A stretch of 64,000 bases of DNA, taken from assembly GCA_964527765.1 (NCBI GenBank), contig CAZGQR010000004.1, positions 64,083 through 128,082 on the forward strand. The letters are read 5' to 3'. A program made the position numbers and the translations under genes. The notes under the pieces are model-generated. The model was not told where the DNA came from. It did not search any database and saw nothing but the letters and a program-made list of their open reading frames with translations. The first letter of the stretch is position 1; each line of letters starts with the position of its first letter. The DNA comes from an uncultured Planctomycetia bacterium (GTDB lineage Bacteria > Omnitrophota > Gorgyraeia > Tantalellales > Tantalellaceae). Shown here piece after piece: positions 1 through 9,647 of this stretch.

Positions 1-28
1 CGCAAACGGTACAAAAAGGTGTGTTTTT

Positions 29-889
29 GTGCTTTGCTTTGCGCTTTGCGCCATGCTTCTGGCGGGTTGTTCCCGTGAAGTTCCTCCCGTCGAGATCAAC
101 GTTGACGCCGGTGCGGCGATGATAGCTGAAGCCAAGAACGGAAAGATACTGTTCGAAAAGAACCCGGACAGGAGGTTCCCCCCCGCATCTACGGCAAAGG
201 TCATGACGGCGATCGTCGCTATAGAGCGCATACCTCTCACAAAAGATATGGTTGTTTCCAGGAGGGCGGTCCGCGTTGCGCCGACAGTGGCGGGTCTAAG
301 GTCCGGGACAGAGTATCAGATGAGAGACCTCATCGACGCGATACTTATAAAATCGGCTAATGACGCGGCGGTCGTTATCGCCGAGGGGGTAGCCGGCAGC
401 GAGAAAGAATTTGCCCGCCTCATGAACGCGATGGCCAAAGAGCTCGGCATGGAGAACACCTATTTCGCGAACGCCACCGGCCTTCCCGCAGGCAAAAACG
501 ACCGGCAGTACACCACGGCGGAGGATCTTGTAAAAATGATGCGCTACGCCATGCGTTATAAGGTCATCCTGAAGGCGATGTCCAAAAAAGAGGCAGATAT
601 ATACGGCAGTGACGGGAGAAGGATACACCTGGGAACCCATAACAAGGCTCTTTTGCGGGATAGCGAAGCGCCATGGGGAAAGACGGGTTATACGAAGCAG
701 GCGAGGCGCACCTTTGTCGGGGTGGACCCTTCCCCGGACCCGCATATAACGTTCGCGCTTCTTCGTTCCGATGATCTCTGGAATGATATTACCACGCTTA
801 ACGACCGGGGGCTTGAGATCTACAGGAGGAACCACAGGACGCTTGTTTCCGATCTGGTCCGCTGGATAAGGTCCGAGAGAGAGAAGTGA
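29..889 (+). CDS. D-alanyl-D-alanine carboxypeptidase (peptidase S11, PBP5/6-like) lipoprotein; may extend upstream of window
   Basis: Lipobox LLAGCS near N-terminus. SxxK (STAKVM), SxN (SANDAA) and KTG (KTGYT) motifs in S11 order. GTG start at 29 with no in-frame stop upstream, so true start could lie outside the window. Confidence 0.75.
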   Translation: MLCFALCAMLLAGCSREVPPVEINVDAGAAMIAEAKNGKILFEKNPDRRFPPASTAKVMTAIVAIERIPLTKDMVVSRRAVRVAPTVAGLRSGTEYQMRDLIDAILIKSANDAAVVIAEGVAGSEKEFARLMNAMAKELGMENTYFANATGLPAGKNDRQYTTAEDLVKMMRYAMRYKVILKAMSKKEADIYGSDGRRIHLGTHNKALLRDSEAPWGKTGYTKQARRTFVGVDPSPDPHITFALLRSDDLWNDITTLNDRGLEIYRRNHRTLVSDLVRWIRSEREK

Positions 890-892
890 GGT

Positions 893-3800
893 ATGCAAAA
901 AAAACTTTCCGTTGCCTTTCTCTGGCACATGCACCAGCCGCTGTATAAAGACCTCGCCACGGGGAAATATCATCTTCCCTGGGTGAGGCTGCACTCGACG
1001 TATTCCTACCTTGATATGGTCAGCATACTTGACAGGTTCCCGCGCGCGAAAATGACCTTTAATTTTACGCCGTCCCTTATCCTGCAGCTGCTGGATATAT
1101 CCAAAGAGGGGCCCCTTGACGATATATATCTTCAATTGTCCGAGAAGAAAGCAACGCACCTGACCGACAGGGATAAATATTTCCTTCTTAAGAATTTTTT
1201 CTCGTGCGACCCGAAAAGAGCCATGACACCCTTCAAAAAATACAGGGACCTTTTTTCGAAAAGGGGGAATGATCTGCGGGAAGAAGAGCTCATCAGGAAA
1301 GCCGGGGATTTCAGCGTGTCTGACTTCAGGGACCTCCAGGTATTTTTTAACCTGGCCTGGTGCGGGTTCACATTGAGAGGCAAAGATCCCGTCGTAAGGG
1401 AACTTGTCCGTAAAGGCTCAAATTACACCGAGGATGACAAGACATCGCTTCTTAAGCGCCAGAGAGAAGTTGTCGCTTCGATCATACCTGCTTACAGGCG
1501 ATTGCAGGACGAAGGCAGGGCGGAGATATCGACATCGCCGTTCTATCACCCGATACTTCCTCTTCTCAGCCGCGGCCGGCCCGGAGATGGATCTGATCTT
1601 TCGAAGGATGCGAGAGATCAGGTAAGGAAAGCTATCGCCCTTTACGGGGAAGTGTTCGGCGCAAGGCCCGCCGGCATGTGGCCGCCGGAAGGAGGCGTAG
1701 ACCGGGAAACGGTGTCTCTCCTGGCGGGCGAAGGCATAAAGTGGGCCGCGGCTGACGAGAGTATTTTACTGGAATCCCTTGGAGGAAAGAACATCCCGGA
1801 AAAAGAGCTTGTTAACAGGGTTTATACGGTGAAAGAAGACGGCAGAGAGCTCGATATGGTCTTCAGGGATACGTACATCTCTAACGCGATAAGTTTCATG
1901 TACGCGTACATGCCGCCGAGAAAAGCGGCGGCGGATTTTCTCAGGAGCGTAAGAAAGGCAGCCAGAACCGCAGAGCCGCGCGAGGAAGGGAATATAGTCA
2001 CCGTCATATTGGACGGAGAGAACCCCTGGCCTTATTATGCGGACGGCGGCAAGAGATTCCTTTCGGATGTTTACGCGCAATTATCCTCGAGCAGGGAAAC
2101 AGAGCTCGTCACCATAAGCGGGTATCTCGGCTCCCACAAGGGCAGGGGCAGGATCAGCGAGCTTGCCAGCGGTTCGTGGATAGACCGCGATTTTGGCAGA
2201 TGGACAGGATCTCCCCAGAAGGACAGGGCCTGGGGATATTTGAAGGATGCAAGGAAAGAGCTGTTCAGTTCAGGACATCCGGACGCGGATGCCCTGGAAG
2301 AACTGTATGCAGCGGAGGGAAGCGACTGGTTCTGGTGGTATGACGATTTCGGGAGCGAGCTGAATTTCGTATTCGACGAGCTTTTCAGGCTGCACCTGTC
2401 AAATACCTACACCCTTACGGGGCGAAAAGCTCCTCATTATCTTGCCAGACCGGTGCCGGCAGGTCCGTCTATCCGGAAACTGCCCGGAGCGGGAGCTCCT
2501 GTCATCCCGGCAGCCCGCCCCCGGAAGGTCCTCATAGTGTCGTCTGAGGCCGTTCCCTTCGCCAAGACAGGCGGCCTGGCGGATGTCGCCGGGAGCCTCT
2601 CGCAGGAACTGGTATCTCTCGGCTGCGATGCAAGGGTCATCATGCCGCTCTACAAGTGCGTTACGGAAGGCAATTTCAAGATAACCAGGGAAAAGGCCGG
2701 CATCAGACACCGGGCCCTGGGCATAAAGCGCCCGTTCGATCTTTATTCGGGCCGGACCGGTAAGGTCGCTGCTTATTTCGTGAAGAACCAGAGGTATTTC
2801 GCAAGGGACGGATTGTACGGCACGCCTGAAGGGGGTTACCGGGATAACGGCCTGAGGTTCGGTTTTTTCTCAAAAGCGGTCCTGTCAGCTATCAAAGCGA
2901 TCGATTTCAAGCCCGATATCATACATTGCAATGACTGGCAATCGGCGCTTGTCCCGTTCTATTTAAGGTTCAAGCTTGCGGATGACGAATTTTACCGGGG
3001 CATCAAAACACTCTTCACCATACACAATATGGCGTACCAGGGCGTTTTCAGCAAAAGGATCATGCGCGGGATCGGCATACCGGGAAGTTTCTTTGATATA
3101 GACGGCCTGGAGTTTTACGGGAAGCTGAACTTCATGAAATCCGGGATACTTTATTCGGATGCCGTCAGCACGGTAAGCCATCGTTACGCCGAAGAGATAA
3201 TGATGCCGGAATACGGCTCCGGCCTTGACGGATTTCTGCGGACCAGGAAAGAGGGTATCTACGGCATACCTAACGGCGCGGATTATTCAGTGTGGAGCCC
3301 GGAAAGAGACAGCTTTCTGAAAGTCAATTACGGCGCCGGGGACGTAGAAAAGAAGATCGAATGCAAGAAGGACCTGCTTGAATATACCCGCCTGCCGCTT
3401 CCGGTCGAAACGCCCTTACTCGGTTGCATCAGCAGGCTTGCCGATCAGAAGGGGATGGACCTTCTGGCCGGCATAATGGACAGGATCATCGGGCTGAACG
3501 CCGGCGTGGTGATCCTCGGCAGCGGCAGCAGGTATTACAATGAGCTTTTCGCAGGATTGGCCGGGAAGTATCCCCGGAATATCTATGTGTGCAGCGACTT
3601 CAATGACGAACTTGCCCATAAAATAGAGGCGGGATGCGACATGTTCGTCATGCCTTCCCGTTATGAACCCTGCGGTCTCAACCAGATGTACAGCATAAAA
3701 TACGGCACAATACCGATAGTGAGGGCCACCGGCGGCCTTGATGACGTCATCGTGGACCTCGATGACGACAATGAGAACGGGAACGGCTTTAAATTCAAAC

Positions 3801-3967
3801 CGGCGACCAAAGACGCTCTTTATCGGACCATAGAAAGGGCCGTTCGCCTGTATCGTGAAGATAAGACCTTATGGCAGAAACTAATGGTCCGCGCCATGGG
3901 TTATGATTTCTCATGGGCGCATTCAGCCAGGCAATACCTGGAACTGTACGGAAAGCTTATATCTTAA
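893..3967 (+). CDS. glgA: Fusion protein: N-terminal GH57 glycoside hydrolase domain (AmyC-like) plus C-terminal ADP-glucose-type glycogen synthase (GT5)
   Basis: N-terminus has GH57 signatures: FLWHMHQPLYK, MWPPEGG, ILDGENPW, GSDWFWWYDDFGSE. A Pro/Ala-rich linker (PVPAGPSIRKLPGAGAPVIPAARP) follows. Then the GlgA hallmark KVLIVSSEAVPFAKTGGLADVAGSL and C-terminal GT-B features. Single uninterrupted 1024-codon ORF. GAGG RBS before ATG 893. Confidence 0.85.
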   Translation: MQKKLSVAFLWHMHQPLYKDLATGKYHLPWVRLHSTYSYLDMVSILDRFPRAKMTFNFTPSLILQLLDISKEGPLDDIYLQLSEKKATHLTDRDKYFLLKNFFSCDPKRAMTPFKKYRDLFSKRGNDLREEELIRKAGDFSVSDFRDLQVFFNLAWCGFTLRGKDPVVRELVRKGSNYTEDDKTSLLKRQREVVASIIPAYRRLQDEGRAEISTSPFYHPILPLLSRGRPGDGSDLSKDARDQVRKAIALYGEVFGARPAGMWPPEGGVDRETVSLLAGEGIKWAAADESILLESLGGKNIPEKELVNRVYTVKEDGRELDMVFRDTYISNAISFMYAYMPPRKAAADFLRSVRKAARTAEPREEGNIVTVILDGENPWPYYADGGKRFLSDVYAQLSSSRETELVTISGYLGSHKGRGRISELASGSWIDRDFGRWTGSPQKDRAWGYLKDARKELFSSGHPDADALEELYAAEGSDWFWWYDDFGSELNFVFDELFRLHLSNTYTLTGRKAPHYLARPVPAGPSIRKLPGAGAPVIPAARPRKVLIVSSEAVPFAKTGGLADVAGSLSQELVSLGCDARVIMPLYKCVTEGNFKITREKAGIRHRALGIKRPFDLYSGRTGKVAAYFVKNQRYFARDGLYGTPEGGYRDNGLRFGFFSKAVLSAIKAIDFKPDIIHCNDWQSALVPFYLRFKLADDEFYRGIKTLFTIHNMAYQGVFSKRIMRGIGIPGSFFDIDGLEFYGKLNFMKSGILYSDAVSTVSHRYAEEIMMPEYGSGLDGFLRTRKEGIYGIPNGADYSVWSPERDSFLKVNYGAGDVEKKIECKKDLLEYTRLPLPVETPLLGCISRLADQKGMDLLAGIMDRIIGLNAGVVILGSGSRYYNELFAGLAGKYPRNIYVCSDFNDELAHKIEAGCDMFVMPSRYEPCGLNQMYSIKYGTIPIVRATGGLDDVIVDLDDDNENGNGFKFKPATKDALYRTIERAVRLYREDKTLWQKLMVRAMGYDFSWAHSARQYLELYGKLIS

Positions 3968-4022
3968 CAGGGGTGAATGTTCGCAGCACGGGCACGCCCT
4001 GTAAAAGCTGAAAGGAAACACC

Positions 4023-6152
4023 GTGAAGGCTGATTTCGCGATCGTCCTGCATTTTCACCAGCCGGTAGGGAATTTTGACCATGTCATCAATGAGGCATGC
4101 GATAAGTGCTATGTCCCGTTCCTTGAGACTTTGAGAAAATACCCGGCTATAAAGATGACCCTGCATTTCAGCGGTTGTCTTCTCGAATGGGCCGAGCAGA
4201 AAAAGCCCGAGATACTCGGGATGGTCCGGGAAATCGCGGAAACCGGGCAGGTCGAGATAATGAGCGGGGGTTTTTACGAGCCGATCCTTCCGGTGATACC
4301 CCCGGGGGACGGCTTGGCCCAGATCAGGATGTTGAACGAGTACGTGAGGTCGAAATTTTCATGCGAGGCGAAAGGGGCCTGGATAGCTGAGCGCGTATGG
4401 GAGCCCTCGCTGCCTTCCGTATTGCACGATGCCGGGATAGAGTATGTCGTGTTGGATGACACGCATTTCATTTATTCCGGCATTTCCAAAGAGAAGACCT
4501 ACGGTTATTATATCACGGAGGATAATGCCAGAGGAGTGGCTGTTTTCCCTTCGGATAAGATCCTGCGATATTACATTCCCTTCAAGGCGCCGTCCGAAAG
4601 CATGGATTACATGCGAAGCGTCCTCCGGGGAAAAGATAACCTGCTTTTCGTCTACGGCGACGACGGCGAAAAATTCGGAGAGTGGCCCGGAACGCACAAA
4701 TGGGTGTTCGAAGAAAAATGGCTGGAAAGATTTTTCGGCGAGATCATACAGAACAAGGACTGGTTGGATACCGTAAAGCTGTCCGAATGTCTTAGGAAAA
4801 GACCTCCTGAAGGGAGAGTGTACCTGCCCGCGGCTTCTTATGAAGAAATGCTCAAGTGGGCGCTTCCGGCCGAAGCTGCGCAGCAAATGGAGAACGCACT
4901 CGAAGACCTGCGGCAGTCGGGCAAGGAAGATCTGTACAGGCCTTTTATCAGGGGAGGATTCTGGCGGAACTTCCTGGCAAAATACCCCGAATCCGACCAT
5001 ATGAACAAGAAGATGGTCTATGTAAGCGGGAAACTGGAAAGGCTCCGCGCCGGAAGAAAAGCAAGACCGCCCCTGGCGGCGGCGGAAAAGGACCTTTTCC
5101 GAGGACAGTGCAACTGTGCTTACTGGCACGGTATATACGGCGGATTGTACCTGTTCCATATCAGGAAAGCCGTTTATCACCACCTGATCAGGAGCGAGGT
5201 CCTGATGGACAGGGTGCGTTACGGCAGGAGGCAGTTCTGCGCGGCGGATGTTTCTGATGTGGACGCTGACGGTCTCGATGAAGTGATACTGGAGAACAGG
5301 GAAGTATCGCTGTATTTTGCCCCCGCCGAAGGCGGAATATTAAAAGAGCTTGACTCAAAACCGGCCTGTCAGAATCTTATAAATTCTCTTGCCCGCAGGA
5401 AAGAGGCGTATCACGGCAAGATCCTGGAGAAGATCAGGCGCGCCGGGGTGGAAGAAACGGACAAGGTCAGGACCATACATGATGATGTCCAGGCGGCTGA
5501 CGCCCGGCTTAAGGATCATCTGTATTATGACCGGTACGGCCGTTACAGTCTTATCGATCATTTTTTCGGCAGCGATGTGGATATTGAAGCGTTCTCCCGC
5601 TGTGCTTATGAGGAAGCCGGTGATTTCATAAGAGGGATCTATGACTTTGAAGTAAAGAAGACCCGCAGGGGGATCATGCTGGTCATGCAAAGAGAAGGAC
5701 TGGCGGGCGGTTCCGGAGTTCATGTGGCGAAAGAGATATTTCTACCCGCCAGGGACGCTTCTTTTAAAGTCCGATACAGGATCGTCAACAGGGCCGACGG
5801 GGAAATGGATCTTGTTTTCGGTCCGGAATTCAACGTGACCATGCCCGATGCTGACGCGGAAAAATATTCCCTGGTCATTAATGGCGACGAAAAGCATCAC
5901 GAACTCGGCGATATGGTCCGGCACGAAGGCGCGCGAAGGATAGAGATCCGGGATGCCGACAGGCAGCTGTCGTTTGAGATGGTACTCGGCGAGGAATGTC
6001 CCCTCTGGCACTTTCCCGTAAGAACGGTGTCGCAATCGGAAAAAGCGTACGAGCTTCATTATCAGAGTTCGGTGCTGCTGCCGCGCATCAGGCTGAAACT
6101 CGGTGCCGGGGAAGAGAAACGATTTGACCTGGGGATCAAACTGCTCCATTGA
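4023..6152 (+). CDS. GH57 family alpha-amylase/4-alpha-glucanotransferase-like glycoside hydrolase
   Basis: GH57 conserved regions: HFHQPVGNF, GQVEIMSGGFYEPIL, WIAERVWEP, and VYGDDGEKFGEWPG (the catalytic acid/base block). GTG start with AAAGGA RBS. Confidence 0.8.
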   Translation: MKADFAIVLHFHQPVGNFDHVINEACDKCYVPFLETLRKYPAIKMTLHFSGCLLEWAEQKKPEILGMVREIAETGQVEIMSGGFYEPILPVIPPGDGLAQIRMLNEYVRSKFSCEAKGAWIAERVWEPSLPSVLHDAGIEYVVLDDTHFIYSGISKEKTYGYYITEDNARGVAVFPSDKILRYYIPFKAPSESMDYMRSVLRGKDNLLFVYGDDGEKFGEWPGTHKWVFEEKWLERFFGEIIQNKDWLDTVKLSECLRKRPPEGRVYLPAASYEEMLKWALPAEAAQQMENALEDLRQSGKEDLYRPFIRGGFWRNFLAKYPESDHMNKKMVYVSGKLERLRAGRKARPPLAAAEKDLFRGQCNCAYWHGIYGGLYLFHIRKAVYHHLIRSEVLMDRVRYGRRQFCAADVSDVDADGLDEVILENREVSLYFAPAEGGILKELDSKPACQNLINSLARRKEAYHGKILEKIRRAGVEETDKVRTIHDDVQAADARLKDHLYYDRYGRYSLIDHFFGSDVDIEAFSRCAYEEAGDFIRGIYDFEVKKTRRGIMLVMQREGLAGGSGVHVAKEIFLPARDASFKVRYRIVNRADGEMDLVFGPEFNVTMPDADAEKYSLVINGDEKHHELGDMVRHEGARRIEIRDADRQLSFEMVLGEECPLWHFPVRTVSQSEKAYELHYQSSVLLPRIRLKLGAGEEKRFDLGIKLLH

Positions 6153-6198
6153 CCGGATAGGTACGCGTCGGCTGATCTCTTTGCCCGCAAAATATCTG

Positions 6199-6228
6199 TT
6201 GACATTATTTAACGGCAGGAGTTAAAAT
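6199..6228 (+). promoter_or_regulatory. σ70-like promoter candidate (TTGACA-18 nt-TAAAAT) upstream of the DUF4912-like gene
   Basis: TTGACA 6199-6204 and TAAAAT 6223-6228 in the 128-nt gap after the GH57 gene. Confidence 0.4.
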
Positions 6229-6280
6229 TTAACATCACTCTTGCCTTATTATAACTTAGACGGTAAATATAAGGAGCTAA

Positions 6281-6721
6281 ATGGGACACCCTGATCTTCC
6301 GCATTATTATGGCGATAATAAGATCATCCTGATGGTAAGGGATCCGTGGACGATCTACGCGTACTGGGAGGTAAAGAAAGACATTGAGGATGAGGCGCGG
6401 GAAAAGATGCGAAGAAGAGGACTTGATATCTCAAGGAATATCTTGCGCGTATATGACGTGACGGAAAATGATCCGGACCTGGATCCCAAAGTGGTCTTTG
6501 ATCTTGAGCTGAATGGTCGGGCAGGCGACTGGTATATCCACGCCGTGCGCCCGGGAAGAGAATGGATGGTTGACATAGGAATACTCTCCACGAGAGGTGA
6601 TTTCTTCCGGCTTGCCAGGTCCAATGCGGTCAGGACTCCCGTTCACGACATGCCATATCCGTACGACGAAAATAGCGCCACCTCCGGGCTGTTTCGCGGT
6701 GCCAGTTCATTTGAGCGATAG
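6281..6721 (+). CDS. Small DUF4912-like protein (family frequently encoded next to GH57 genes; assignment from memory)
   Basis: 146 aa. N-terminal ILMVRDPWTIYAYWEV motif typical of the GH57-associated DUF. Sits between two GH57 genes and has its own TTGACA-N18-TAAAAT promoter-like element upstream. Confidence 0.5.
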   Translation: MGHPDLPHYYGDNKIILMVRDPWTIYAYWEVKKDIEDEAREKMRRRGLDISRNILRVYDVTENDPDLDPKVVFDLELNGRAGDWYIHAVRPGREWMVDIGILSTRGDFFRLARSNAVRTPVHDMPYPYDENSATSGLFRGASSFER

Positions 6722-6730
6722 AAAGTAAAT

Positions 6731-8320
6731 ATGCCAAAGGGTTATCTAGCTTTAGTATTGCACGCTCACCTGCCTTTTATAAGGCATCCGGAACACGAAA
6801 GTTTTCTTGAGGAAAACTGGCTGTTCGAATCCATGACCGATGCCTATATCCCGCTCATTAACGTGTTTGACAGGCTTATAGGCGACGGTGTGGATTTCCG
6901 GGTCACGATCTCCCTGAGCCCCACGCTTATTAACATGCTGAGGGACGGACTTCTCATGTCGAGATATCTGATGTATCTGGATAAATCGATATCGCTCAGC
7001 AGGCTTGAAGTTGAAAGGACACGGTCGGATAAACGCATCAATGACCTGGCCTTGATGTACCTCGAGAGGTTTGAGCGGGCAAAATATACATTTTCGGAAA
7101 GCTGCGGCGGTGACCTCATAGGCGCGTTCAAAAGATTCCAGGACGCGGGAAAGATCGAGATCATCACATCTTGCGCCACGCACGGGTACCTGCCTCTCAT
7201 GGACCTTCACAGACCCGCAGTAAAAGCGCAGGTGGCTGTTGCGGTGGATGTGTATAAGGACGTTTTCGGCCGCGCCCCCAAAGGCATGTGGCTTCCCGAA
7301 TGCGGTTATTATCCCGGCCACGACGAAATACTGAAAGAATTCGGCATCCGGTATTTCTTCGTGGACACTCACGGGATACTGCTGGGGACCCCGAAGCCCG
7401 CGCCTTTCGGCGTCTATAGTCCGTACCTGTGCAAGTCGGGCGTTGCCGTTTTCGGAAGGGACATGGAAAGCTCCAAGGCGGTGTGGAGCGCCGAAGAAGG
7501 TTATCCCGGCGATCATAACTACAGGGAATATTACAGGGATATAGGCTTTGACCTGGATTATGATTATATCAGGCCTTTCATCAATGGTTGCGGGACCCGG
7601 ACGAACACTGGCATAAAATACCACAGGATAACCGGTAAAACTGACCATAAGGACATCTACGACAGAGAAGCGGCGCTGGATACAGCCCGGGGTCATGCGG
7701 GTAACTTCATGTTCAACAGGGAAAAACAGGCGGAATACCTCGCCGGCACTATGGACAGGGCCCCCGTGATCGTCTCACCTTATGATGCCGAGCTTTTCGG
7801 GCACTGGTGGTTCGAGGGGCCGGAATGGCTGGAATTTCTCCTGCGCGGGATGTATCATGGCCGGAGCGCCGTGGAGACCATTACGCCCGGCGGCTATCTG
7901 GAGCTTTACGGGGAATACCCTGTTATAACGCCTTCGGAGTCCAGCTGGGGCTGGAAGGGGTACAGCGAAGTATGGCTGGACGGTTCCAACGACTGGATAT
8001 ACAGGCATCTTCACAAGATGATGGAGCTTATGACCCGCGCCGCCGCGGATCATAAAGACGCTGCCGGACTTGACAGGAGACTGCTCAACCAGATGGCCAG
8101 GGAATTGCTTCTCGCCCAGTCAAGCGACTGGGCGTTCATCATGAAAACCGGCACGTTCACGGATTATGCGGCCGGCAGGACCAAGGAGCATATCAAGAGA
8201 TTTTTTGCCCTGTATGACCAGTTGGGCAAGGGTGAGGTGGACGCGGCTTTACTGGAAGAAGCCGAGGGCAGATATAACGTGTTCAAGGACATCGATTACA
8301 GTGTTTATGCGGGAGTTTGA
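6731..8320 (+). CDS. GH57 family 1,4-alpha-glucan branching enzyme
   Basis: N-terminus LALVLHAHLPFIRHPE...EENWLFESMTDAYIPLI closely resembles Thermus/Thermococcus GH57 branching enzymes. WLPECGYYPG and SPYDAELFGHWWFEGPEWL blocks are present. Confidence 0.8.
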   Translation: MPKGYLALVLHAHLPFIRHPEHESFLEENWLFESMTDAYIPLINVFDRLIGDGVDFRVTISLSPTLINMLRDGLLMSRYLMYLDKSISLSRLEVERTRSDKRINDLALMYLERFERAKYTFSESCGGDLIGAFKRFQDAGKIEIITSCATHGYLPLMDLHRPAVKAQVAVAVDVYKDVFGRAPKGMWLPECGYYPGHDEILKEFGIRYFFVDTHGILLGTPKPAPFGVYSPYLCKSGVAVFGRDMESSKAVWSAEEGYPGDHNYREYYRDIGFDLDYDYIRPFINGCGTRTNTGIKYHRITGKTDHKDIYDREAALDTARGHAGNFMFNREKQAEYLAGTMDRAPVIVSPYDAELFGHWWFEGPEWLEFLLRGMYHGRSAVETITPGGYLELYGEYPVITPSESSWGWKGYSEVWLDGSNDWIYRHLHKMMELMTRAAADHKDAAGLDRRLLNQMARELLLAQSSDWAFIMKTGTFTDYAAGRTKEHIKRFFALYDQLGKGEVDAALLEEAEGRYNVFKDIDYSVYAGV

Positions 8321-8377
8321 CCGGAAGCGGCCGGCATTAGCGCGGCTACTTCCGGCGAGCCCGGAGGGATAATCATT

Positions 8378-9631
8378 ATGGAAGAAGCACTTTGTGTCAT
8401 CCTTGGAGGGGGCAGGGGAACGCGGCTTTATCCGCTTACCAAGGAAAGGTGTAAACCCGCGGTCCCCCTGTTCGGAAAATACAGGCTGATAGATGTGCCT
8501 GTCAGCAATTGTCTTAATTCGGGGTTCAACCGCATTTACATACTTACCCAGTTCCTGTCCGAATCGCTGAACAAGCATATAAGCCGCACATATAATATGG
8601 ACCCTTTCAGCAAGGGGTTTATCGAGATAATGGCCGCGGAACAGTCCATGGACGACACGGACTGGTTCCAGGGGACAGCCGATGCGGTCAGGCGCTGTCT
8701 CAAGCATTTTAATGACCCCGCCGTCAAATACATATTTGTCCTGTCCGGCGACCAGTTATATAAAATGGACCTGAGGGACATGTATCGCTACCACCTTGAA
8801 AAGAAAGCGGAGCTGACGATCGCCTGCAATTACGTGGAGCCGCAAAAGGTATCCGAGTTCGGGATAATGGACATAAATGACGATGCCAGGATAACCGGGT
8901 TTGTGGAGAAACCGAAAGACCGCTCAAAGATAGGAGATATGGCCGTAAAATACAACGGCAGGGAACATTTCCTTGGTTCAATGGGCATATACCTGTTCAA
9001 TAAACCGGCTTTGATAGAACTTCTCACCGAGGACAAAAAAGCCGATTTCGGATGGGAAATAATACCCGACGCGATACATGCCAAACCGACATACGCTTTT
9101 CGTTTCGGCGGTTACTGGCACGATATCGGGACCATAAAGACTTTTTACGAGGAGAACCTTTCTCTTACCGAGTCGCTTCCGCCTCTCGACATGTTCAATG
9201 AAAATTGGCTGATATTCACCAGGCCGCGTTATCTCCCCCCCGCGAAATTCAAGAACAGCTGCATAGAGAGGAGCATCGTCGCCGAAGGCGCGATAGTCCT
9301 CTCATCCAAAATAGTGCATTCGATCATAGGCCTCAGGTTCAGGGTAGGTACGGATTCGACGATCGAGGATACCGTGGTGATGGGCTGCGATTATTACGAG
9401 ACAATGGATGAGATCGAGGAAAACAGGTCCAGGGGGATACCGCCTCTGGGGGTCGGAAAAGATTGCCTGATAAAAAAGGCCATACTGGATAAGAATGTCA
9501 GGATAGGGGATAACGTCAGGATAATCAATACTAAAAAGCTGGACAACCATGACGATGCGAATTATGCCATAAGGGACGGGATAGTCATTATCGGCAAGAA
9601 TTCCGTTATTCCTTCCGGGACGGTTATTTAA
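8378..9631 (+). CDS. glgC: Glucose-1-phosphate adenylyltransferase
   Basis: ILGGGRGTRLYPLTKERCKPAVPLFGKYRLIDVPVSNCLNSG N-terminal nucleotidyltransferase signature and C-terminal left-handed beta-helix repeats. Confidence 0.9.
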   Translation: MEEALCVILGGGRGTRLYPLTKERCKPAVPLFGKYRLIDVPVSNCLNSGFNRIYILTQFLSESLNKHISRTYNMDPFSKGFIEIMAAEQSMDDTDWFQGTADAVRRCLKHFNDPAVKYIFVLSGDQLYKMDLRDMYRYHLEKKAELTIACNYVEPQKVSEFGIMDINDDARITGFVEKPKDRSKIGDMAVKYNGREHFLGSMGIYLFNKPALIELLTEDKKADFGWEIIPDAIHAKPTYAFRFGGYWHDIGTIKTFYEENLSLTESLPPLDMFNENWLIFTRPRYLPPAKFKNSCIERSIVAEGAIVLSSKIVHSIIGLRFRVGTDSTIEDTVVMGCDYYETMDEIEENRSRGIPPLGVGKDCLIKKAILDKNVRIGDNVRIINTKKLDNHDDANYAIRDGIVIIGKNSVIPSGTVI

Positions 9632-9647
9632 GCAGAAAAGAGGAAAA

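Noticed and set aside
897-904. Homopolymeric tracts (A8 at 897-904, A8 near 54141 and 63661, C7 at 178-184 and 9235-9241) as phase-variation switches like the poly-G tracts of Campylobacter MeOPN transferases
   Set aside because: The tracts are short (8 nt or less), mostly poly-A within Lys-rich codons or poly-C in Pro codons, and none lies in the candidate transferase genes. Nothing indicates programmed slippage.
296-1159. Long antisense ORFs inside well-supported genes, for example 296-1159(-), 4359-5183(-), 6752-7696(-), 10149-10934(-), 15799-16356(-), 24685-25569(-), 29572-30222(-), 31221-31778(-), 55081-55701(-) and 59866-60339(-)
   Set aside because: Each lies entirely within a sense-strand gene that has clear family motifs. 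They show no recognisable motifs of their own and are typical shadow ORFs of GC-rich coding sequence.
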